Virus record (IMG/VR): IMGVR_UViG_3300025357_000008
Location: 106,262-170,261 of that record
Source of the DNA: a virus
Lineage: Duplodnaviria; Caudoviricetes
DNA: 64,000 nucleotides
Strand: one strand, 5' to 3'
The notes under the pieces were generated by a model. That model was not told the DNA's origin. It made no database searches and worked only from the letters and a program-made list of their open reading frames with translations. Shown piece by piece: positions 56,620 to 64,000 of this stretch; position 1 is the first letter of the stretch, and each line of letters starts with the position of its first letter. The translations under genes were made by a program, and so were the position numbers.

Positions 56620-56620
56620 T

Positions 56621-57418
56621 ATGGGTAATATATCAATAGTCACGGCGTTTTTCGATATCGGTAGAGGTGATTGGACCCCCGATAAAGGTTTACCGCACTA
56701 TCTACAGAGAACAACAGATACATACATCGAAAGATTTAGTCATCTTGCAAAACTCAACAATGAATTGATTGTGTTCACTTCACAAGATTTAGTTGATAAG
56801 ATTAAAGACAAATGTCCTGATAGAAGTGCAACAACACATTTTGTCATTATTGATTTTGACAATCAATTTCAAGAACAACGAGCATTTATAAGCAAGATTC
56901 AGAAAGACCCTAACTTTCAAAGAATGATTAACCCATATCAAGTTAAGAATCCTGAATACTGGTCTGCTGATTATGTTCTTGTCAATTATCTAAAGACTTT
57001 CTTTGTAGAATATGCAATTAAAGAAGGTTTTGCAACAAACGAAACAGTTTCATGGATGGACTTTGGCTATTGCAGAGAAGAATCTACATTGAATGGTAAA
57101 ACAGAATGGGCTTACGACTTTGCTGAAGACAAGATACATTTCTTCGATTATAAAACATATAACGGGCAACCTATACAACAAATTATTGCCAACAATGACG
57201 TACACATACTAGGTGCTAAGATTGTAGCAAATAAAAACCTATGGCCTAAACTAAGAGAATTAATTAGCGGTGCATTTAAGAATCTCACCGATGCAAATCT
57301 AATTGATGACGACCAGACAATGATGTTATTAGCAACTTTGTATCAGCCGGATTTATTCGAACTACATAGAATAGTAGAGAGTGATCCATTTGTAATGTTT
57401 AGAGAATATTGTAATTAA
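56621..57418 (+). CDS. HtrL/YibB-family protein (glycan-related)
   Basis: IVTAFFDIGRG, WMDFGY, DDDQT. Confidence 0.8.
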   Translation: MGNISIVTAFFDIGRGDWTPDKGLPHYLQRTTDTYIERFSHLAKLNNELIVFTSQDLVDKIKDKCPDRSATTHFVIIDFDNQFQEQRAFISKIQKDPNFQRMINPYQVKNPEYWSADYVLVNYLKTFFVEYAIKEGFATNETVSWMDFGYCREESTLNGKTEWAYDFAEDKIHFFDYKTYNGQPIQQIIANNDVHILGAKIVANKNLWPKLRELISGAFKNLTDANLIDDDQTMMLLATLYQPDLFELHRIVESDPFVMFREYCN

Positions 57419-57426
57419 GGACTAAT

Positions 57427-57984
57427 ATGACAACAAAAGATTTTTCGAAAGTGTACGTTTCAGGTGAAGGTTTACCGCAATACATTAACCAACTCGGTGA
57501 AGGTACTGTAGGACTTGAGTTAGGTGTTTGGACCGGTGAAAACTTTGCAAATATACTTCAACAATGTCCTGGCATCAAGACATTGTATGGTATGGATCCA
57601 TATAAACCATATCAAGATTGGAACAGAATGATTACACAGGAAATGATTGATGATGTAAAACGTCAATCTATGGAAAATATTAAGTTATCCGGACATGAAG
57701 ATAAAGTTCAATTTTACTTTAATACTGCCGCTGAAGGACTTGAATTAATACCTGATGGTTCATTAGACTTTATTTTCGTTGATGGCGACCATTCATATGA
57801 GAACGCTAAACACGATATTACAAACTATTATTCTAAAGTTCGTTCTGGTGGTTTGTATGCAGGACATGATTTTAGTCTTCCTGGTGTAACTCAAGCACTC
57901 AAAGAATTTATTAAAGAAGCAAATATTGATCCTAAGTCATTAATGTTTACCGCTAATGACGTTTGGTTGTGGTTCAAACCATGA
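57427..57984 (+). CDS. Methyltransf_24-type SAM methyltransferase
   Basis: ELGVWTG, FVDGDHSY, GGLYAGHD. Confidence 0.85.
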   Translation: MTTKDFSKVYVSGEGLPQYINQLGEGTVGLELGVWTGENFANILQQCPGIKTLYGMDPYKPYQDWNRMITQEMIDDVKRQSMENIKLSGHEDKVQFYFNTAAEGLELIPDGSLDFIFVDGDHSYENAKHDITNYYSKVRSGGLYAGHDFSLPGVTQALKEFIKEANIDPKSLMFTANDVWLWFKP

Positions 57985-58652
57985 GTTATGCCTTTGTTGT
58001 AACGTCTGCATTATGCCCCAATACGGGTGTTTTCACTAAAGAACAAAGGTACGAACAAACACTAAACACAATCAAATCAATCAGAAGTAAAGTATCAAAT
58101 TCGTTTATTTTACTTTCTGATTCAGGTCCTAATGCGGTACCAGAAGAATGGGTTGAAAATCTAGCAAAATTATGTGACGATGTAATATTCGTCAAAGATT
58201 CTACGCTAGAGCAACTCAATATGTACCGTATGCAGACACCTGCTGAGATTCATAATATGAAAAATGCCTTGACCTATTTGAAACAATTAGGTCTTTATGG
58301 TGTCGACCGAGTATTCAAGATTACCGGTAGAGCAGAACTAACAGATGACTTCAACATTCTGTACTATATGACGAATACTATGCTTAAAGACAAATACGTA
58401 TTTAAGAAAAGCGTTGATTCTTGGATGGGTAAAGGTCTAAAACTGTATGATACACGAATCTGGTCATTTGACTACTCTATCATAGACGAAGTTATCAAGA
58501 TGCACGAGGGTGCTTTTAATACGGCTTGTAGTTCTGGTCTAGACCTAGAGCACGTATATTATCAACTTATTCCCCCAACAAAAGTGGTAGAAAAGGATGT
58601 TTTAGGTCTAAGATGTTTCGTAGCATCTGACGGTACGATACGTAACGATTAA
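57981..58652 (+). CDS. Glycosyltransferase-like hypothetical protein
   Basis: VTSA, RYEQTLNTI.SI, FKITGR, LEH. Confidence 0.55.
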   Translation: MSYAFVVTSALCPNTGVFTKEQRYEQTLNTIKSIRSKVSNSFILLSDSGPNAVPEEWVENLAKLCDDVIFVKDSTLEQLNMYRMQTPAEIHNMKNALTYLKQLGLYGVDRVFKITGRAELTDDFNILYYMTNTMLKDKYVFKKSVDSWMGKGLKLYDTRIWSFDYSIIDEVIKMHEGAFNTACSSGLDLEHVYYQLIPPTKVVEKDVLGLRCFVASDGTIRND

Positions 58653-58708
58653 AAAACGTATAAATACCAATACGGTAACCATAGTGTGTTACAATTCAAG
58701 GGAATTCA

Positions 58709-59638
58709 ATGTTATCATTCAAGCAATTCATTCTATTAGAAGGTGGGAACATCAAGGCTAACGGTCATTCGGCTGAGCCTATTCAGATTCCACAAGGTCA
58801 ACGCAAAGCAGTTCAAAAAGACATTCATGGGGTTGCAAAAGCGGTAGGAGATTCTTACCACAAAGCACACGGTGAGCACCTTTTTGGTAAAGACCACAAA
58901 GCATTAACAACCGGCTCTGCTTATGCAGGTTCTACACATCATACGATGGATAAGAACATTAGCGATACAGAGTTTCATCATGGTATGACAAAACCTGGTA
59001 AACCACATCCAGAATCCGGTGACGTTGACTTAAAAGTACCGCATCATACACTGGATAAGTTACATGCACACTTAGACCAACATGTTGGCAAGAAATTCGG
59101 ACCGTATACGTTACTAGGCACAAAGAAAGGTGCGGGTCAGAGACATGCTATCATGCAACACAATAAGACCAAAGCAAAACATCAAATCGACTTTGAAGGT
59201 TCTGATTATGAAAAAGATGAACCGTCAAAGGGAGACCAGTTTACACATAGTTCTAACTGGCATGATAGAAAGGCTGGTATCAAAGGCGCCCATCATAAGA
59301 TTCTTATAAATGCCGCTGGTAGAGACAAACACGTATTTTCACCACAATACGGTTTGGGTAATAGAGCAAACAAACTACCACCATCAAAGCAAACAGATAG
59401 AACAAAAGACCCCAAAGAAGTTTCTAAACGTCTATTTGGTGCTAAAGCAGACCACGAGAAGATTCATTCATTCCATGGTGTCACAGATTTAATTAAGAAA
59501 CACGTTAAACCTGAACATCATCAAGAAATCTATAATAAATTCAAAGAGAGAACCGGTAGTTCTGATGTTAAGGATGCATTTAGCCATGAACATGCGCTGA
59601 ACCATCTTAGAAAGCATCTTGACGTACATGACGAATGA
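58709..59638 (+). CDS. His-rich late protein with nucleotidyltransferase-like motif, probably packaged
   Basis: MLSFKQFILLE N-terminus; AGST...SGDVDL; late promoter 58659. Confidence 0.55.
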   Translation: MLSFKQFILLEGGNIKANGHSAEPIQIPQGQRKAVQKDIHGVAKAVGDSYHKAHGEHLFGKDHKALTTGSAYAGSTHHTMDKNISDTEFHHGMTKPGKPHPESGDVDLKVPHHTLDKLHAHLDQHVGKKFGPYTLLGTKKGAGQRHAIMQHNKTKAKHQIDFEGSDYEKDEPSKGDQFTHSSNWHDRKAGIKGAHHKILINAAGRDKHVFSPQYGLGNRANKLPPSKQTDRTKDPKEVSKRLFGAKADHEKIHSFHGVTDLIKKHVKPEHHQEIYNKFKERTGSSDVKDAFSHEHALNHLRKHLDVHDE

Positions 59639-60933
59639 AACGAACACTAAACGAATTTTTTAGAACCATATCTGAAGCCAAAAACGGTATAGTTGAGAAG
59701 TCTCACTTCAAAGCTATATTTGTTACTGGTGGACCTGGTTCTGGTAAAGATATTGTAATTAGAGAAGCGATTCCTCACGGTTCCTACACAGAGTTAAATA
59801 CTGTGCAGGCATTTAACTATTTGGCTGACAAGAAACGCCTCTCAGAGAAAACTTCTGATGCACGTAGAGAAGCCATCAGAAATCGTGAAACCCTCGTTAT
59901 AAACGGTCCTACTGACGATTATGAACGTATGGATTACATAAGAGAAGAACTATCTGAATTAGGATATGCAATTCTACCAATTTTTGTTCAGGTTTCAAAC
60001 GAAGCAAGTAAAGAACGAAATGAAAGATTGACAAGAACAATTTCCGAGTCAATTAGACAAGAAAAGTGGCAAAAGTCAAACGAGGTGCTCGGTAAGTTCA
60101 TCTACGGTGACTGGAATAATTCTTACAGTCAAACCATGATATTTGAGAATGATTCTGAACTTGATAAAATACAAGGTGAACTTAAACAACTTAGAAAAAA
60201 AATCTTCGAGTTTGTAGAAGATAGAAGTTGGTATACAAGAAATGAAGTCGCCTATAATTGGTTGGATTCTCACAATAAACTAGATATCAATGAGTCGTTT
60301 AATTACTTTGTTTCGAAGGAAGAAATAAATGAAAGCAGTAAGAAATTGGATAGTAAAAACATTCAGCTTAAAACCATCGGTAAATACAACCCAGGATTGG
60401 TCGCCGACACAAGAACCACACCCGACAATAGAGCAGGTGGTAATCGCCTCGGAAAAGGTGACGAAATCAAAGGCGGTACCTTCCCTAGAAAGAACCCTAA
60501 TGGATATTCAGTTACCGGCGGCTCCGGAGCAGGTGCCTACGCCACAAGCGAAGAAACGAAGCCCACGCTCAAAATCAGCGGACCTCCCAAAGTCAAAAAC
60601 TTTAACAAAGACAAAGAAATCAACAAAATCCTCAAAGGCGCCAAAGACGGAAACGCAGTAACGGGCGGTAGAAATACATTAGGTAGCGGTACAGGTCCTA
60701 CCTTCAGTTCACGTTCAGGACTTCAAATGGGTCTTGGGGAAAACAGTTTTAGTGCTTTTAGAAAGCAGGCAGAATCAATAGATAGTCCAGGCGAGAACGC
60801 ATGGGGTGTTTCTGGTAATGCTACAGGCGGTATGAATAAAGAACCGATGAATACATATAAGGATAGGGATCAAATTGAAAAATTAGCATCCTCTGTTAAG
60901 AATAAAAACAAAAAGAAACTAGGAGTAGCATAA
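59635..60933 (+). CDS. P-loop kinase-like late protein
   Basis: GGPGSGK Walker A; ERNERL lid-like motif; MKRTLNEF..ISE N-terminus. Confidence 0.6.
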   Translation: MKRTLNEFFRTISEAKNGIVEKSHFKAIFVTGGPGSGKDIVIREAIPHGSYTELNTVQAFNYLADKKRLSEKTSDARREAIRNRETLVINGPTDDYERMDYIREELSELGYAILPIFVQVSNEASKERNERLTRTISESIRQEKWQKSNEVLGKFIYGDWNNSYSQTMIFENDSELDKIQGELKQLRKKIFEFVEDRSWYTRNEVAYNWLDSHNKLDINESFNYFVSKEEINESSKKLDSKNIQLKTIGKYNPGLVADTRTTPDNRAGGNRLGKGDEIKGGTFPRKNPNGYSVTGGSGAGAYATSEETKPTLKISGPPKVKNFNKDKEINKILKGAKDGNAVTGGRNTLGSGTGPTFSSRSGLQMGLGENSFSAFRKQAESIDSPGENAWGVSGNATGGMNKEPMNTYKDRDQIEKLASSVKNKNKKKLGVA

Positions 60934-63380
60934 TGTTTGCAAAAGACAAAGTAACCAAATCAATGTTAGATGCAGTTAACTCTGTTATCGCTGAAGCAGA
61001 AACAAAAGAACCAACAAAGAAAAAACCAGGTTGGTTAATTGATGCTGAAAAAGCGGCAGAAGCAAGAGAGGGCAAACTAAAAGAAGATTCTAAACCAACA
61101 GGTAAAAAACCTGATTGGCTTCTTGCCGCTGAATTGAAAGCTGAAAAGAAAGCTGGAAAACTTAAAGAAGATTCTGAGCAACTAGATGAAATTGATGCTA
61201 ATGCTATTCTAGCACTTGCAAAGAAAGTAAGCCCTACTGCAAAAATGCGTGGTTCTGTTGAAGACCAGAAAAAGGAACGTGATGCTGTAATGGCACAACG
61301 TGAAAAAGATAGACCTGCAAGAGAAGCAGAAGCGGCTGAAAGAAGAAAAAAAGATACTGAAGAATTAAAGAAACAACACAAGCCTGAAGATATTAAAAAA
61401 CAAATGGATGACGTTAAGAAAAAATATGAATACAGTCATGGTTCAATTGAAAAACATGGACATCAATATGCTAATGGTTCATCTTATACACAAGGTAGAG
61501 ATTTAATGGACAAATATAATCATTTAAAAGGTTTGCATAAGAGAATTACAGAAGACAAAGACGAGCCATTCATTAATGCAGTTTCAAAAGTTATTAATGG
61601 TGAAAAAAATGTCAGAGTCGAAGAAGAAACATTAAACGAAAAGAATTGGATCAAAGGTGCTATCAAGCATCCCGGTGCATTGACAGCCGCCGCTAAGAAA
61701 GCGGGCGAATCTACTTCTGAATACGAAGAGAAACACAAACACGATTCCGGTAAAGCTGGTAAACGTGCAAGACTTGCATTGACACTTAAGAAAATGCATC
61801 ACGAAGAAGTTGAAGGTGTAGAAGAAGCTATGCGTCCTGGTTTTGATTATCAAGCGGCCGCAAAGGAAGCACAACAACGTAAAGCCGCAGGCTATGAGCG
61901 TTCTGGTCCTTATTCATGGAAAAAAATAAAGACAGAAAAGCCAGAAGAAAAGAAAACTCAAAAAGAAGAAGTTGAGCAGATGTATGAAGATGAACGTGAT
62001 CCAACTGACGATGTTGTTAAAAAGATATTAAAAAATAGAGAAAAATATGCCAAACGAAATGTAACTGGTGAAAGTGATCCAACTGACATTGCTGTTAGCC
62101 AGATATTAAAAAATAGAGAAAAAAATGCCAAAAGTAAAAAGAAAACGCAAAAAGAAGAAGTCGAACAGATTGATGAAGCAATGACAAAGAAACATTTTCA
62201 ACAAGTTGCAGACGTTATCAAAGCACATCCTGATGAAAAGAAAAGACACGAATTAGCAATTCATCATGCAGGTATTTTCAAAGCATCCAACCCACGTTTT
62301 GACCACACAAAGTTTATGAAGGCTTGTGGCGCACCTATTAAAGAAGACGTTGAACAAATGGATGAAGTAGAAAACGCATTTACTGCATACAAAAACAAGA
62401 GACCTAGTGAACTCGGTAGACATCTAACAAGAACACATGATGCTAAACGTCTTTCTGATACAAGCGTAATGTACACTAAAAAACACGGTAAAGACTTAGA
62501 ATCTGCTAAAGATGCCGGTGATGCACATAACGCAAGTGTATATGCTAAACAGAAAATGAAGAAAGAAGAATTTGATGAATTGGCATTAGAGGAAAGAAAT
62601 TGGGAAAAACGTGATAAAGATGGTAAAGTAACATCATGGGGTCACGAAGGTGATTGGAAACCAGTTTCTAAAAACAAAGAAGGTTCCGGTAAAGCATCAA
62701 ACAATGCAGGTAAAGCATTACAGAAAACAAAAGAGTTGGCAAAAGAAGATACCAAAGAATATGGGTTTGATGATGAACAGCCTAAAAAAATGACAACAGA
62801 CACTTTAGCTGGTCGTGTAAAAGTTTCAAAGAAATTTGATAATCAACACACAAGTAGAAAAGTAGAATTAAAAGCAGAAGAAGCACATCCTGATGCCGCT
62901 GAAGATAAAAAACTTATTTCTAAAATGATTAAAAAAGATGATGAGAAAGAAGAAAGAAAAGACAAAGAAAAAGATGTCAAACTAATCAAAGGTCTTATCA
63001 AAAAAGATGATGCGAGAATGAAGAAAGAAGAAACTGAATTTGAACATATTCACGGTGAACATCTAAAAGTACATTCTGGACCACATAAAGGTAAAGAAGG
63101 AACTTTACATGATATTCATGGTCATATTTTTGAAATAAAACCACATAACGCAAAATCTGAAAAAGAACATATTTACGTTCCTCAGAATCATACAACAATT
63201 ATACATCAGCATGATGAAGAATATATTCCTGAAGCATTTCACGGACCTGAAGCGGGTTCTGGTACAGGAGATTCCCCAATGGCAACTAATGATTCTAAGC
63301 CAGTAAAATTGGCAAAATATCTTGCAGTTAAGACTGCCGATAAAATGAAGAATGAAATGCTAGGAAAAATGACTAACTAA
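60933..63380 (+). CDS. Large K/E-rich modular protein, probable internal head protein
   Basis: Many [ILM]-x-E sites (LKE, LDE, ITE, LNE, IDE, MDE) between short basic modules; internal repeats. Confidence 0.55.
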   Translation: MFAKDKVTKSMLDAVNSVIAEAETKEPTKKKPGWLIDAEKAAEAREGKLKEDSKPTGKKPDWLLAAELKAEKKAGKLKEDSEQLDEIDANAILALAKKVSPTAKMRGSVEDQKKERDAVMAQREKDRPAREAEAAERRKKDTEELKKQHKPEDIKKQMDDVKKKYEYSHGSIEKHGHQYANGSSYTQGRDLMDKYNHLKGLHKRITEDKDEPFINAVSKVINGEKNVRVEEETLNEKNWIKGAIKHPGALTAAAKKAGESTSEYEEKHKHDSGKAGKRARLALTLKKMHHEEVEGVEEAMRPGFDYQAAAKEAQQRKAAGYERSGPYSWKKIKTEKPEEKKTQKEEVEQMYEDERDPTDDVVKKILKNREKYAKRNVTGESDPTDIAVSQILKNREKNAKSKKKTQKEEVEQIDEAMTKKHFQQVADVIKAHPDEKKRHELAIHHAGIFKASNPRFDHTKFMKACGAPIKEDVEQMDEVENAFTAYKNKRPSELGRHLTRTHDAKRLSDTSVMYTKKHGKDLESAKDAGDAHNASVYAKQKMKKEEFDELALEERNWEKRDKDGKVTSWGHEGDWKPVSKNKEGSGKASNNAGKALQKTKELAKEDTKEYGFDDEQPKKMTTDTLAGRVKVSKKFDNQHTSRKVELKAEEAHPDAAEDKKLISKMIKKDDEKEERKDKEKDVKLIKGLIKKDDARMKKEETEFEHIHGEHLKVHSGPHKGKEGTLHDIHGHIFEIKPHNAKSEKEHIYVPQNHTTIIHQHDEEYIPEAFHGPEAGSGTGDSPMATNDSKPVKLAKYLAVKTADKMKNEMLGKMTN
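61998..62132 (+). repeat. Intragenic imperfect direct repeat (about 57 bp x2)
   Basis: GATCCAACTGAC...GATATTAAAAAATAGAGAAAAA.ATGCCAAA at 61998 and 62076. Confidence 0.8.
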
Positions 63381-63388
63381 GGTTAAGC

Positions 63389-64000
63389 ATGTCAGATAAT
63401 TTCAAAAAAGTAAAAGCAATATTGCAAAGACCGGCTCCTCCAAAGAAATTTGGTACAGACCCAATGGAGCCTTGGTCTGCGCCTAATCAAGTTGCAGAAG
63501 ACTCTATTAAGGGGCAACGTGCAGGTACGCTTGCACGTTATCTGAAGTCTAGAGGTATCAACCCAACATTTGTTTCTAAGAATCAAAGAATTGCTCATAC
63601 AAAATCAGATTCTTATAGAAAATGGATGAGGGATCATATGTTTGAAGAGATTACAGAACCTAAGAATCCATCAGATGAAGAAATGTCAGTCACAAACAAA
63701 GCAAAACGTCAGTCTTCAACAGTCATTAAAAATCCGCCTGGAACAATGGTACGAAAGAATGTGGAATCTGTTGAACTGGATGAGGTTTTAACTAAATCGA
63801 CAACTGCTGGTGAAACTATTCACGACTTCGTACACTCAAAGAACAAGATGTTTGCCGGTGATTCTAAGGCTCAGAGAATTAAGAGAGCATTGGGCGCTTA
63901 CTATAAAAAGCAAAATGAAGAAGTTGATGCTGATATGACTGAGATGTATGGTGCATCTGCACAAGTTTACCATAACCCTCAAGAATATCTGGATTCTATT
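63389..64000 (+). CDS. Late hypothetical protein, runs off the window end
   Basis: ATG at 63389 after TAAGG; reads MSDNFKKVKAILQRPAPPKKFG... Confidence 0.6.
   Translation, partial: MSDNFKKVKAILQRPAPPKKFGTDPMEPWSAPNQVAEDSIKGQRAGTLARYLKSRGINPTFVSKNQRIAHTKSDSYRKWMRDHMFEEITEPKNPSDEEMSVTNKAKRQSSTVIKNPPGTMVRKNVESVELDEVLTKSTTAGETIHDFVHSKNKMFAGDSKAQRIKRALGAYYKKQNEEVDADMTEMYGASAQVYHNPQEYLDSI

Noticed and set aside
430-63598. Short antisense or out-of-frame ORFs inside core genes (e.g. 14883-15242, 60896-61381)
   Set aside because: Shadows of strongly supported genes; no RBS or recognisable motifs

Overview
64 kb of an AT-rich T4-like (myovirus) phage genome, almost all on the + strand. Order: tail-appendage/virion genes (1-9.0 kb); head/tail core gp13-gp23 and gp3 (9.0-23.9 kb); recombination/replication/late transcription (uvsY, uvsW, gp55, gp47/46, gp45/44/62, regA) with accessory genes (cytidylyltransferase, peptide deformylase, DNA methylase, dNTP diphosphohydrolase, Hsp20); a 25-tRNA array covering all 20 amino acids (39.0-46.0 kb) interleaved with chaperone, RNase H-like and peptidase genes; gp43, uvsX, gp41; a glycosyl-/methyltransferase cluster; and late, probably capsid-packaged proteins. 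Near-consensus sigma70 promoters and T4 late TATAAATA promoters are visible. The most striking element is at 39207-39420. A promoter drives a 29-codon leader ORF that uses 19 of 20 amino acids and 27 different codons. Its 3' end can pair as an antiterminator against an intrinsic terminator directly in front of the tRNA genes. This looks like a general tRNA-pool-sensing attenuator. Nearby are an rrn-type boxA, a repeated palindromic operator, two long-stem structured RNAs attached to tRNA 3' ends, and a ROSE-like thermometer. All calls come from reading the sequence and recalling protein families; no searches were run.
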